From NCBI GenBank assembly GCA_963751455.1, contig CAVVUN010000015.1, positions 1,088,001 to 1,152,000 on the forward strand: a stretch of DNA of 64,000 nt. The letters are read 5' to 3'. The position numbers and the translations under genes are program-made. Every line of letters begins with the position of its first letter. Position 1 is the first letter of the stretch. The stretch comes from Nitrospirota bacterium (lineage in GTDB: Bacteria > Nitrospirota > UBA9217). The notes under the pieces are model-generated. The model did not search any database. It had not been told where the DNA came from and worked only from the letters and a program-made list of their open reading frames with translations. This document shows positions 1-11,400 of this stretch, piece by piece.

Positions 1-242
1 CTCTTGACTCTACGCTGAAGCGATTGAACGTCGGCTCGCTGCGCCTGACAGGCGTTGTAACCGATATATGCGTGTTATTTACCGTCTACGAGGCGGTACT
101 AAGGGATTACACCGTCACCGTAGTGGAAAACGGAGTCGCGGGTATAGAACGTGAAGGCCATGAGGCTGCGCTTGGAATAATGAAGCGTGTACTCGGAGTC
201 AAGATCGTAAAATCGGAACTTAGAGAGAAAAGGGCAGCGTAG
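1..242 (+). CDS. pncA: Isochorismatase-family cysteine hydrolase, probably nicotinamidase (5' end outside the window)
   Basis: LTGVVTDICVLFTVYEAVLRDYTV matches the cysteine hydrolase catalytic segment; lies directly upstream of a nicotinate PRTase. Confidence 0.75.
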   Translation, partial: LDSTLKRLNVGSLRLTGVVTDICVLFTVYEAVLRDYTVTVVENGVAGIEREGHEAALGIMKRVLGVKIVKSELREKRAA

Positions 243-285
243 AGCACAGGCTGCATGCCTGGGCTTACGATGTGAACGAGACAAA

Positions 286-1446
286 ATGTTTTTTACGGCT
301 GATCCAAGAGAGGTCGTTGAGGGAAGGATCACGGACGTTTACTTCGAACGGGCGCTCGCGATCCTGAAGGCTAGAAACATCAACCCGGTTGTTAAAGCGG
401 AGTTCATCGCTAAAACCCTTCCATATAACCGACCCTGGGCCGTTCTTACCGGGATCACCGAAGTCGCGGACCTCTTGAAACCGCTGCCGGTCAAAGCCAG
501 GGCAATGCGGGAAGGCTCTGTTTTTTATCCGTACGAGCCGGTCCTGGAAATCGAAGGCCGGTATCAGGATTTTTGTGTCTATGAAACCGCGCTGTTGGGT
601 CTGCTTTGCCAGGCATCGGGAGTTTCTACGCAAGCGGCGCGCATGAAAAAACTTGCCGAAGACAGGCTCGTTATGAGCTTCGGCGCCCGCAGAATGCATC
701 CGGTGCTTGCTCCCATGATTGAGCGGAACGCGTATGTAGGAGGGTGCGACGGCGTGTCCGTTGTAAAATCGGGACAAGTTATCGGCGAGGACCCGATGGG
801 AACGATGCCGCACTCGCTTATCCTCTGCATGGGCTCGACCGTGGACGCGATCAAGGCCTATGACGAGACGCTCGACCCGAAGCTCAAGCGGGTCGCCCTG
901 ATCGATACTTTTCTCGATGAGAAATTTGAGGTTTTAAATGTGGCAGAGGCGTTGGGAAAACGGCTGTATGCCGTGCGCTTCGATACACCCGCGTCACGAA
1001 GAGGGAATTTTTACCGGTTGCTCGAAGAGTCGCGGTGGGAGCTTGATCTCCGCGGACACGGCCATGTGAGGTTTTTCGTGAGCGGCGGAATCCGGGAGGA
1101 AGACATCCCGGTACTGAACCCGGTGGTCCACGGATACGGCATCGGAACGTCCATCAGCAATGCGCCTGTCATCGACTTTGCGATGGATATCGTGGAGATT
1201 GACGGAAAACCGCTTGCAAAACGAGGGAAATGGTCAGGAAGCAAGCAGGTGCTCCTGTGCAAGCAATGCGGCGAGCGGAAAATCGTCCCCAGGAATGTGG
1301 AAGGGAGCAGGGCGTGTTCCTGCGGAGGGATGCACGATGAGCTGCTCGTTCAGCTTATTGACAACGGAGAGCTCCTGACAACTGCGGAGCCAGCCGCAAA
1401 GATACGACAATTTGTACTACAGGGCGTTAAAGCGCTGGAACTGTAA
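286..1446 (+). CDS. pncB: Nicotinate phosphoribosyltransferase
   Basis: TDVYF, SFGARR, GTMPH, LIDT, VRFDT and SGG motifs. Confidence 0.92.
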   Translation: MFFTADPREVVEGRITDVYFERALAILKARNINPVVKAEFIAKTLPYNRPWAVLTGITEVADLLKPLPVKARAMREGSVFYPYEPVLEIEGRYQDFCVYETALLGLLCQASGVSTQAARMKKLAEDRLVMSFGARRMHPVLAPMIERNAYVGGCDGVSVVKSGQVIGEDPMGTMPHSLILCMGSTVDAIKAYDETLDPKLKRVALIDTFLDEKFEVLNVAEALGKRLYAVRFDTPASRRGNFYRLLEESRWELDLRGHGHVRFFVSGGIREEDIPVLNPVVHGYGIGTSISNAPVIDFAMDIVEIDGKPLAKRGKWSGSKQVLLCKQCGERKIVPRNVEGSRACSCGGMHDELLVQLIDNGELLTTAEPAAKIRQFVLQGVKALEL

Positions 1447-1493
1447 AACCGGATTGCGATTACCCGAGCATGCCGTATTTGTTTGCTGGGTTG

Positions 1494-2081
1494 TCATTGC
1501 TCTTCAACAGAGGGTGGACGTGTAGAACCCATCCGTCCCAGTCTACCCGTCAACCGATGTCCTGGTATTATGGGTGGGGGGACTATTGGTATGAATTCCC
1601 ATTCACTGTATTTAGTTTTTCCCACGAACTCCTTGTTCACGTCTGCGAAATTATCCTTCTTCAGAGGTTCCTTGTCGCTTGAACTGTGAAACTTGATGAT
1701 CCGCCTGGTCTGGTCCCTTACTTCTACGAAGTCCTCTCCCGTGATCGGGTCTTTGAATTTCTGTCGCAGGTACCGCTTGCCGGTTGCCGATCTGCTGTCC
1801 TTGAGGAGATCGTCGATGCTCGCGGGATATTGCCTTCTGCCCGGCATCGCCTTGTAATAACTTTCGAGAGCCTGGCGGTACTGGTTTCCCCGGAAGAGCA
1901 GCTCCTCCTCTTTATCCCGCAACGATACGTTCTGCCAGTATTTCCCGGCTGCGCCAAGGCTGATGCCGATGATGACGATTGCGGCAAGGAGTGCCATGTA
2001 AGTGAAGCCGTGCCGATTGCGGAAGGTCAATGATGTGCTATGCGCCATGCCATTTGCGCTATGCGTTTTCATGCATTTCAT
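1494..2081 (-). CDS. Type II secretion pseudopilin-like protein
   Basis: Prepilin-like cleavage motif GFTYMALL followed by a hydrophobic helix; KDPITG motif; co-oriented with GspE/GspF homologues. Confidence 0.8.
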   Translation of the reverse strand: MKCMKTHSANGMAHSTSLTFRNRHGFTYMALLAAIVIIGISLGAAGKYWQNVSLRDKEEELLFRGNQYRQALESYYKAMPGRRQYPASIDDLLKDSRSATGKRYLRQKFKDPITGEDFVEVRDQTRRIIKFHSSSDKEPLKKDNFADVNKEFVGKTKYSEWEFIPIVPPPIIPGHRLTGRLGRMGSTRPPSVEEQ

Positions 2082-3805
2082 TATTCTATAAACGTTACCC
2101 TGTTGATCTCCTTCAGGGTCGTCTGGCCGGCAAGGACCTTGGCGATTGCGGACTGACGGAGCGTGGTCATACCTTCGGCTATCGCCGCCTTCCGGATTTC
2201 GGATGAAGGCCGTTTTTCGAGGATCATTTCGCGGACGTGGTCCGAGAGGTCCAGAAACTCCGTAATTGCCTTTCTTCCCCGGAACCCGGTGTAGTTACAG
2301 TCTTTGCACCCCGCAGCCTCATAAAACAGGTTTTGCTCGTGCTGCTCAAAATTGATGGCCGAATCCTCGAGTTCCTGCCGGGAAAGACTGACCTGCTTTT
2401 TGCACTTCACGCAGAGCATTCGCACCAGCCGCTGGGCAAGGATGCAATTGAGCGACGATACGAAGTTATAGGGCTCGATTCCCATGTTCAGGAAGCGTCC
2501 GAGCACGTCGAACGCATTGTTCGCGTGCACCGTCGTAAAAACAAGGTGTCCGGTCAGCGCGGACTGAACCGCTATCTGTCCCGTCTCCGCATCGCGGATC
2601 TCGCCGACCATGATCTTGTCGGGATCGTGCCTGAGGATCGATCTGAGCCCGCGCGCAAAAGTAAGCCCTTTCTTCTCATTCACCGGAATCTGCGTTACAC
2701 CCCGGAGCTGGTACTCGACCGGGTCTTCAATGGTGATCATCTTGTCTTCGCCCGTATTGATCTCGGTGATCGCCGCGTAAAGGCTCGTCGTTTTTCCGCT
2801 TCCGGTAGGGCCGGTAACGAGCACCATTCCGTACGGCTCCCGTATGCTCTTCCGGAACCGTCGAAGGTCGTTTTCGTCGAAGCCGAGGCTGTCGAGTCTC
2901 AACGTGTTGACCCCGGCAGTAATCGACTCCTTGTCGAGAATACGGATGACGACGTCCTCTCCGAATGCCGAAGGCAGGATCGAAACGCGAAAATCGATCG
3001 TTTTGCCGCCGCTCCTGAGCTTGAACCGGCCGTCCTGCGGCACCCGCCGTTCGGCGATGTCGAGATCGCTCATCACCTTGATCCTGGACACTATGGCGCT
3101 GTGAAACTTGATGTCGATGGGCTCTGTCGCCGAGTACAGCACGCCGTCGATGCGGTACTTTATCAAAACGTTTTTGTCGGTGCTTTCTATGTGTATGTCG
3201 CTTGCCCGCCGCTCCAGCGCGTCGAAAATGGTCGTGTGCATGAGCTTGATTATCGGGCTCTCGTCCTTCTCGATGCTGTCGAGGGAGAGCACCTCTTCGT
3301 TGCCGTCGTCCTGTTCCTTCACGATTTGAAACTTGAAGTCCTCTGAGACCGCATGAAGCACCTGTTCGGAACTGCCGCTCCTCTTCAGTATGCTCTGGAC
3401 CGCGGAGGGCGTGCTTACACAGATGTCTATCGGCCGGTCCAGGATCATTTCAAGTTCGTCTATGGCGGGTATGTTGTTCGGGTCCGTCATGGCCACGGAA
3501 AGGACGCCCTCATCGGTCTCCTCGATGGGGATGAACTGGTAGCGCTGCATAAGATCAACGGGTATTTTTTCGTAGAACTTCGGATTGATGCGAAGGTCGG
3601 CGAGGTCCAGGTAACGCATGCCCCGCTGCTCGGCAAGCGCCTCTGCGAGGTTCTCTTCGGTAATAAGGCCCGCCGCCTGGAGCAATTCTCCTATCCGCCG
3701 AGTCCGATCTGCCGCTTTCGCGAGCACTTCGCTGACCTGCTCCTGTGTGACGAAGCCTTTGGCTGCAAGGATCTCGCCCAACCGTTTTCGTCTGAACGAT
3801 GTCAT
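2081..3805 (-). CDS. GspE/PilB family assembly ATPase
   Basis: MshEN-like N-terminus (RLGEIL), Walker A GPTGSGKT, MVGEIRD, His box TGHLVFTTVH, tetracysteine motif. Confidence 0.95.
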   Translation of the reverse strand: MTSFRRKRLGEILAAKGFVTQEQVSEVLAKAADRTRRIGELLQAAGLITEENLAEALAEQRGMRYLDLADLRINPKFYEKIPVDLMQRYQFIPIEETDEGVLSVAMTDPNNIPAIDELEMILDRPIDICVSTPSAVQSILKRSGSSEQVLHAVSEDFKFQIVKEQDDGNEEVLSLDSIEKDESPIIKLMHTTIFDALERRASDIHIESTDKNVLIKYRIDGVLYSATEPIDIKFHSAIVSRIKVMSDLDIAERRVPQDGRFKLRSGGKTIDFRVSILPSAFGEDVVIRILDKESITAGVNTLRLDSLGFDENDLRRFRKSIREPYGMVLVTGPTGSGKTTSLYAAITEINTGEDKMITIEDPVEYQLRGVTQIPVNEKKGLTFARGLRSILRHDPDKIMVGEIRDAETGQIAVQSALTGHLVFTTVHANNAFDVLGRFLNMGIEPYNFVSSLNCILAQRLVRMLCVKCKKQVSLSRQELEDSAINFEQHEQNLFYEAAGCKDCNYTGFRGRKAITEFLDLSDHVREMILEKRPSSEIRKAAIAEGMTTLRQSAIAKVLAGQTTLKEINRVTFIE

Positions 3806-4992
3806 TTTAACCTCGATCCCATTTCAAAAATGGGAAGATAGAGAGCCACGACGATGAAGGCGATCATGATGCCCATGGACAGCATAAGAACGGGTTCTAT
3901 CATGGTCGTGAGCACCTGAAGCCGGTTTTCGACCTCCTGATCGTAGAATTCAGCCACGTCCTCGAGCATCTGCGGCAGGTCGCCCGATGTTTCCCCGACT
4001 TCGATCATGCGAACGGTCATGTCCGGGGCAAGGCGCGTCCGTTCAAAGGAATTCGCAAGGCTGACGCCTTCGGTAACGAGGCCGCGGGCTGCCAGGAGCC
4101 GCTGTGCGACCACCGAATTCGTTATGACCCCGGCAGTCGTGTCCAGCGCCTGCACAAGCGGGATGCCGCCGCGGAGCACCGTGGCAAGCGTGCGGGTAAG
4201 CTGGGAGAGAATATACTGGGTAACGATCGACCGGATGAGCGGTATCGTAAGCAGGAGGTTATCGACGGCCCTTTTTCCGGCAGCCGTTTTTCGCCATCTA
4301 TACAAGCCGAAGCCGACAATCGGAAGGCCGAAGAGCAGCACGGGGAAATACCGGGTAAGCGTCGATGTAAATGAAATGAGCATCGTGGTCAGAAAGGGAA
4401 GAGAGCCTGTCTGGTCGCTGTACATCTGGGTAAAATTGGGGATGATATAAAGAAAAAAGAGCAACAGAACCGCGATCAAGGCAATCACCAGGAACGCCGG
4501 ATAGGCCAGCGCCGTGACCAGTTTGCGCCGTATGGTCAGCATCTTTTTCTGATACTCTATGAAGCGTTTAAGCACATCCACAAGCGCGCCGCTCTTTTCG
4601 CCGGCCCGAACCGTGGCCGTATAGAGCGGCGAAAAGAACAGCGGGTGTCTCGCCATCGCGTCCGAGAGCGCCGAGCCCCCCTTGATCTCATGAATAATGT
4701 TTTCGAGCGTACTCCGGAAGGCCTGTTTTTCGGTGCGTTTCTTCAGAATTTCGAGCGACTGGAGAATGGGCAGCCCGGCCTTGATCAGCGTCGCGAATTC
4801 CTGATTGAAGAGGAGAAACTCTTTAGAGGTGCCTCCGGTGCGGCCCAGGCTGGATCCTTTTTTGCTCATGCTCAGGATCAGGTAGCCTCTTCCTTCAAGC
4901 TCCCTGCGCAGCTCCGACGCGTCTCCGGCCGTGGCCTGATCAACGATCGAAGTGCCGTCTTCCCGCAGCACCTTATAAACAAAGAGAGGCAT
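3802..4992 (-). CDS. GspF/PilC family inner-membrane platform protein
   Basis: AGEKSG, LAYP, VGETSG and IEP motifs; ends ALYLPIFEM. Confidence 0.93.
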   Translation of the reverse strand: MPLFVYKVLREDGTSIVDQATAGDASELRRELEGRGYLILSMSKKGSSLGRTGGTSKEFLLFNQEFATLIKAGLPILQSLEILKKRTEKQAFRSTLENIIHEIKGGSALSDAMARHPLFFSPLYTATVRAGEKSGALVDVLKRFIEYQKKMLTIRRKLVTALAYPAFLVIALIAVLLLFFLYIIPNFTQMYSDQTGSLPFLTTMLISFTSTLTRYFPVLLFGLPIVGFGLYRWRKTAAGKRAVDNLLLTIPLIRSIVTQYILSQLTRTLATVLRGGIPLVQALDTTAGVITNSVVAQRLLAARGLVTEGVSLANSFERTRLAPDMTVRMIEVGETSGDLPQMLEDVAEFYDQEVENRLQVLTTMIEPVLMLSMGIMIAFIVVALYLPIFEMGSRLK

Positions 4993-4999
4993 GCCAACG

Positions 5000-5029
5000 A
5001 TAATACCAGAATAGGGCAGAGCAAGTCAA
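5000..5029 (-). promoter_or_regulatory. Sigma70-like promoter, probably leaderless, for the gspF homologue
   Basis: Minus strand TTGACT-18 nt-TATTAT, ATG 7 nt downstream, no SD. Confidence 0.5.
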
Positions 5030-5595
5030 TAAAGCGTTGTCGGCGTTGTGCAGGAAAGGAGTCCGACAGAAATGAGCACAATGATGAACGTTGCGAGAAG
5101 TATATATTTATTGGTGCGCATGGTCCCTCCGATCAAGCAAGTTTGGCACATTATTTTTATCCCTTTTTAAAGAATGGGCAAGACAGGCAGAATGTTGCCA
5201 TTTTGCAAAACTAATACTTTTGTTATAATAAATATAAGAATAGTTAGAATTAAAAAAATATTCAAGAACTAATTCGGGTTATTTTAAGGGTATTGCACAA
5301 TATTGCGATAAGTTGCTAATGAAGAATAAAAGATAAACAAATAAGGAGGTTGGACGATTTAAGGTGCGAATTCCGGATCATTCTTGTCCTGTAGCTTATC
5401 TAAACTTTTAATTTTATACTAAGTAAGCGCGGCCAATACGCCTGAAGTTCTCAACGGCATTCTTTCGGATTGACATTAACAAATCACCATAGAGTATGTT
5501 CGAGATATTCGTTTCGTTAGCGTGACGTGAAGCAGGGTCCGCGGCGAAAGATCTATATTGATCTATATTATGGATACTATAATGAACACGTCGAC

Positions 5596-5664
5596 ACATC
5601 CCTGGCCTGGCAATCGCTAAAGGAATGCAGTTCCACCCCGCCGAACCAAACCGCGAGGAAAGTA
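5596..5664 (+). repeat. Left copy of a ~68 bp direct repeat bracketing the Rhs island
   Basis: GGAATGCAGTTCCACCCCGCCGAACCAAACCGCGAGGAAAGTA nearly identical to the 3' part of 23140-23206. Confidence 0.85.
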
Positions 5665-5730
5665 GGTTGACGTGATTTTCGGCTCGAATGCTTCCAAGTA
5701 ATTCCGCAAAAGTTCTGCTTGCCGTTGCCC

Positions 5731-8124
5731 TCAATTTATACCATTGCCTTCGCTACACTCATCCCGACCTGGAGCTAAACCCCAGAACCCGATGGAATAA
5801 TATTTTTCGTTGATGTAATTAGCGAGCTCACCGGCCTCGGTAGTTCTGCCCTCAAGGTACCAATTCAGCATAATGTGCAATGCCTCTTCCGGGCTTGTGT
5901 ATTGAATGGTATCAGTTGTTACAGCAGGATTCGTTCCATAACTTGTGAAGATGGAACTGCTCGAATATGTATAGTGATAGTAAGCGTTATCGTCTTCGTA
6001 GGTGTCAGTGGAGCTGGCTGCTTTGTCAAGCTTTATGCCGATCGAAGATGCGCCGCTGGCTATATTTCCAAATTTCGACAGGAAGTCCTGTCCTAAACTT
6101 ATTATGATCGTAGAATTCGGTTGCAGCCGCATGTTGTCTATGTAAAGAGTGCCGTTGCCCGTGTCCTCAAATACCGCTTGTGCGGAAGCGGATGCGGGAT
6201 CATTTTCCATCGAGTAGACATCTACATAGAAATCACCGTCATAAAGAGCTCCATACCCTGTATAAATCATGAGTTCTGCGCTCACAATTGAAGATCCGCC
6301 GGGGATGGCTGAGAAGTCAAAGGTGTAATACGGCCGGGAGTCAACCAGGCTATAGTAATTGTAGTCGTCGATTTTGCTCTGATATCGCGTCTCGCTTTTT
6401 TCCGCGTAGGCATATGCTGTCGTTTCCTTATAATAATCATCCTGATGATATACCTCTCCTGCGTAGCCGTAGTCATAGACAGAACGGTAAGCGCGACCAC
6501 CCGCAGCATAAAGAGTCACAGTCTTCTGAACACCGTCGATACCGATGAAGGTCAGGTTGATGGCCGTTGTTATGACCCCGCTTTCTATGTTCCGATCAAA
6601 GGCCCTTATTTGTCTTACTGCGCCTTGTGCATGCCGATAGAAGGACATCTCGCCATCCTGCAGCATGTCTTTGATCTCAATTGCGTTCGGAGAATAATCC
6701 TGTGAGGATGAAATTACAACATTTGCGTCTCCAAAACCATATGACAGTTTCGGTATAAATGAGTAGGTTCCGGGGGCAATTCCGCAAGGGACCGTTATGG
6801 CCACCACCACACTCGCTGTTCCACCGGCCTGTATCAATGTTGTTGCTTCCCATGATGCGTTGTACGATCCGGTATCTATGAATTCCCCATACCATCCCTC
6901 CGGCAGCCCGGAGATCGACTTAAAACCACCCTCATATAAGAATGCATCCGCATTTCCGGCATTTCGGAGCGTAATGTACGCTAAGAAAGTTCCACCTGCC
7001 AGCATTGGCGTAGGGCTTGCCAGAGCATTCGTGATCTCGAGAGTCGGAAGAGAGATTTCATTTATGAGAAGCTGATTTATTCCGTTTCCCAGCCTTCCCG
7101 AAATGGCCGTCGTGGCCTCTCCATCGAAAGCGTATACAACGCCATTGCCCGGTTGCTCAAAATAACCTGTTGCCATGCCTGTGCCGAAATAGAGCACATC
7201 ACCGTTTGTGGTCATAGAAATAACGCCGTCGCCCATGCCGGACGCCTCATTTTCCCAAATGAGTTCCGGGCTTCCATCCTTCCATCGATAAAGCTGTTCC
7301 TTGCCGGGTCCATCGGCCGAGCTGTCCATGCCTATATAAAGCTGGTCATTAAATGCTTTTATGGACCAGATGTTCGAGGGATATATCCCTGAATGATTCT
7401 GAGTAAACGTATTCCCGTCCGTAGTCTGATATATCCAACCATCCGCTGCTCCTGCAAAAAGTTCGTTTTGGAAGACATCCATAGCCTTGATGCCAGCTCC
7501 GGAATAAAAGCTCACTTGTTCAAGGCTGGTACCGTCGAAACGGGCTAGATAGTCGGTATTGGAAGCGCCTATGTATAAATGGTCGTTTGTCGGATAAAGA
7601 GTTTTAAAACCCTGCCACTCGTCGGAAAGTGCCTTGGAGTCGGCAACCAGGGTCCAGTTCTTATCGCTGTCGAACCTGAAAAGCTGTCCGTTATTAGCAG
7701 AGGAATTTATAGCTGCGGCATAGAGCTGCCCCTTGAAGACCGACAGCGAAGTAATTTTTGCTGTAACGTGATTGGACACCGGTACCCATGACTTGCCCCC
7801 CGTGTAGCGGGATATTACCGAAGGTCCGGTAAGCTCGTTCAGGCTCGCAGCGGCGTAAAGCTGCCCGCCGTAAAAAGCAATTGCATCTACGGAAGCGCCC
7901 ATTTCTTCAGAGACGGCTTCCCAATTGGCGCCGCTGACATAGCTGTAGATTTTACCCGGATTAGACGTAGCGGCGAAGAGGCTTCCCTGCGTGAGAGAAG
8001 AATTCGAGAATTGGGGACTAGGCGCGATTGTAGAAGATGAAGAAGATGAGCATGAATAGAGAGTAAAGGAAAAGACAGCGATAACAAGAGTAGACAGCGA
8101 TGCCGTTAATTTTGAGCAATTCAT
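5731..8124 (-). CDS. Large lipoprotein: beta-propeller-like N-terminus, Ig-like middle, DNRLRE-like segment
   Basis: Lipobox LYSC then a Ser linker; repeated F/Y-x-G/D-x-L-Y blades; YTFDFSAIPGGSSIVSAELMIY; SD GGAGG upstream. Confidence 0.75.
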   Translation of the reverse strand: MNCSKLTASLSTLVIAVFSFTLYSCSSSSSSTIAPSPQFSNSSLTQGSLFAATSNPGKIYSYVSGANWEAVSEEMGASVDAIAFYGGQLYAAASLNELTGPSVISRYTGGKSWVPVSNHVTAKITSLSVFKGQLYAAAINSSANNGQLFRFDSDKNWTLVADSKALSDEWQGFKTLYPTNDHLYIGASNTDYLARFDGTSLEQVSFYSGAGIKAMDVFQNELFAGAADGWIYQTTDGNTFTQNHSGIYPSNIWSIKAFNDQLYIGMDSSADGPGKEQLYRWKDGSPELIWENEASGMGDGVISMTTNGDVLYFGTGMATGYFEQPGNGVVYAFDGEATTAISGRLGNGINQLLINEISLPTLEITNALASPTPMLAGGTFLAYITLRNAGNADAFLYEGGFKSISGLPEGWYGEFIDTGSYNASWEATTLIQAGGTASVVVAITVPCGIAPGTYSFIPKLSYGFGDANVVISSSQDYSPNAIEIKDMLQDGEMSFYRHAQGAVRQIRAFDRNIESGVITTAINLTFIGIDGVQKTVTLYAAGGRAYRSVYDYGYAGEVYHQDDYYKETTAYAYAEKSETRYQSKIDDYNYYSLVDSRPYYTFDFSAIPGGSSIVSAELMIYTGYGALYDGDFYVDVYSMENDPASASAQAVFEDTGNGTLYIDNMRLQPNSTIIISLGQDFLSKFGNIASGASSIGIKLDKAASSTDTYEDDNAYYHYTYSSSSIFTSYGTNPAVTTDTIQYTSPEEALHIMLNWYLEGRTTEAGELANYINEKYYSIGFWGLAPGRDECSEGNGIN

Positions 8125-8450
8125 AGTGCACCTCCTGCATCAGTGAAGCGCGTTAGAATTTTTTCTACGAAAATAGTATTACATACTAATAATATAGTCA
8201 AGCCGAAAAATTCATAAACGAATCGCAGTAAGTTGCGCATAGTTGCACTCAATTATTAATTTATGCATAAATATTCATTGACACGCATTTTTTATTTTGG
8301 TATCTTTTTCAAACTAAAGTATCTCCTCTCTGGTTCTTGCCATATCAATATAAAGCAGCTAGGAGTTTAGAAGTTTTCAGCCTGGTTAGCATTCCTTCTT
8401 TTGCCGGTATTTTCGCTTTTGTAACAACTTCATATTTTGCGGAGGGAAAC

Positions 8451-11400
8451 ATGGGGCGCATTTTCTTTCACGCTAACAAATCGTTTAAATTATTCCTTTT
8501 AATCTGCATGTTGGCTCTTATTGCTGTCTCATCCACTCCTGCTTTTGCCGAGGACGGCGCTGGAAGCGGTCAGTCAAAACAAAATTACAAAGTCCAGTTA
8601 AGTGGCGGTAGCGGAGGTGCGAGTGGAACTGCTATGCCCGACCTTTCGACAGGGACGATGTCTTACTCGATCCCGATAGAGGTTCCCGTTGGCAGAAAAG
8701 GCATGGATCCGGGACTTGCCCTGGCATATAGAAGCAATAATGGAAACGGTTGGCTTGGGGTCGGTTGGGAACTTGAAGCAGGGTCCATTGAACGAAGCAC
8801 TAAGCATGGCCTGTCTTATACCGAAGCTGATGGATATATCTTGCGGATGGCCGGAGCAACGATAGATTTAATAAATATAAGCGAAAACGAATATAGGGCA
8901 AAAATTGAAGGGGCGTTCCTTAAAGTAAGGAAAATCCTGAATCAGGACGGCAGTCCGAATTACTGGGAGGTATATGATAAAAAAGGAGCAAAGCTTACTT
9001 TTGGAAAAACTTCGTATGGGACTGCTACCCCTAAACAGGATGATCCTTCGAACGGGAACAGAGTCTTCAAATGGTGCTTGGACAGTGTTGAAGACACAAA
9101 CGGCAACTATATGACGTTCTCATATGTAAAGGAAGTACAGGGCCATGCTTATGAAGGGCAAGTCTATCTTAATCAAATATCTTATACAGCCAATACGGAT
9201 GGAACCCCGGCTACGAATTATGTCAATTTCCATCTTGAATCCCGTACCGATGTTCCGGATATGTACACCATTAATTTTCGGGTAAGGACTGCCTTCAGGT
9301 TGAAAACAATAGATGTTATTGCCAATGGCAATCGCGTCCGGGCGTATAAGCTGATATATGACACTGATCCCAATACCGCAGGCGATCAATATAGTCTCAA
9401 CACAACACGTTCGCTTCTCACCAGTGTTCAGCAATTTGGAAAGGATGCAGATGTCGATGAGAACGGGACGGTGACGGGAGATAACTCACTGCCTGCTATC
9501 GCATTAAAGCCAGGCACTGGAGCCAACTCATTTGTCGATAGTTTATGGTCTACAACGACAACTAGCTGGGACCCGAGCTTTAATTGGACAGGCGATTTTA
9601 ACGGTGATGGAAAAACGGATCTTGCTGCGGGGTACCCTGAGGGGACCGTTAAAGTGTGGCGTGCTAACGCTGAGGGCACGGGCTTTATTGACAGCATATG
9701 GTCCTCAACGACAACTAGCTGGGACCCGAGTTTCAATTGGACAGGCGATTTTAACGGTGATGGAAAAACAGATCTTGCCGCCGGGTTCTCAGATGGAACC
9801 GTTGGGACCGTTAAAGTATGGCTTGCCAATGCTGATGGCACGGGTTTTATCGACCCCGATCCCAATCATCCCTGGTCCACATCTACAAACAATTGGGATC
9901 CGAGATTTAATTGGACAGGCGATTTTAACGGGGACGGAAAAACGGATCTTGCTGCGGGGTTCTCAGATGGGACCGTTAAAGTGTGGCGTGCTAACGCTGA
10001 GGGCACGGGCTTTATCGATAGCATATGGTCCTCAACGACAACTAGCTGGGACCCGAGTTTCAATTGGACAGGCGATTTTAACGGTGATGGAAAAACAGAT
10101 CTGGCCGCTGGGTTCTCAGATGGGACCGTTGGGACCGTTAACGTGTGGCTTGCCAATGCGGATGGCACAGGTTTTATCGACCCTGATCCCGAACATCCCT
10201 GGTCCGAGACCACAAACGGCTGGGATCCTAAGTATGTTTGGACAGGCGATTTCAACGGTGATGGTAAAACGGACCTTGCTGCCGGGTTCTCGGATGGAAC
10301 AGTTGGGACCGTTAAAGTTTGGATCTCTACCGGCACCGGGTTTATGGACCCCGATCAGCCCTGGTCCTTTACCACAAATGGCTGGGATTATAAATTTGCT
10401 TGGACAGGCGATTTCAACGGTGATGGAAAAACGGATCTTGCCGCGGGTTTCCAGGACGGTGCCGTTGGCACCGTTAAAGTATGGGTCTCTACCGGGTCCA
10501 GTTTTATAGACCCCGATCAGCCCTGGTCTTACACGACAAGTAACTGGAATCCGAGCTTTAATTGGACAGGGGACTTTAACGGTGATGGGAAGACGGATCT
10601 AGCGGCGGGATACTCTGATCCTAGCGTCAAAGTTTGGCTATCCAACACTTTCCCGGTAGACCTGCTGACTAAGATTTCTAACGGTTTGGGCGGCACCACC
10701 TCAGTCGGCTATACTCCGTCAACACAATATGCTAACACTCAATTACCCTTCCCGATCCAGACCGTCAGCTCTGTTTCCATAACCGATGATATTGCGTCAT
10801 CAGCAACAGCAACAACGACTTACACCTATTCCGGCGGGTATTATGATATTGGCGAACGCGACCTCCGGGGTTTCAATTATGTGAAAGTTACCGGGCCAGT
10901 CGGCCCGGACGGCGAACAGCTCATTACCGAAACATGGTTCCACCGCGGCAATGATACCGGTACAATCGATATAGCAAACCCATCGCTTTATGTAGACAAC
11001 CCTTCCGGCAATGACGGTTATATGAAAGGCAAGCCTTACTATTCTCGCCTGATTGATGCGCAAGGCCGGGAATATTCTAAAACAACGACGATATATAGTG
11101 CCGGCAGCGGAACGCCCTATTTGAATCCGCCGCAGGAAGTCCATGCATATCTTTGCGACGGCGACGCTTGTACCAGAGAGACAAAAAGCATTTACAACTA
11201 CGATGCATACGGCAACGTGACGCTCGAAGAGCATTACGGCGATGTGAACGACGTCACCGACAACCGCAGAATTGAAAGGAGCTATTTACCGAATACCGAG
11301 AAATGGATTCTTGGCCTGCCCGCGAGCGAGACCATATACAGCGGCATCACCACCACTGCCATGGCAGCTGAAACAACATTCTATTATGACGAGTCAGTGA

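Noticed and set aside
2237-3346. Long antisense ORFs (also 30669-31640, 38679-39491, 41617-42567, 48845-49819)
   Set aside because: Shadows of well-supported genes on the opposite strand; no recognisable motifs
5414-5734. 106 aa ORF downstream of the lipoprotein
   Set aside because: No recognisable features, and it runs across the island-boundary repeat
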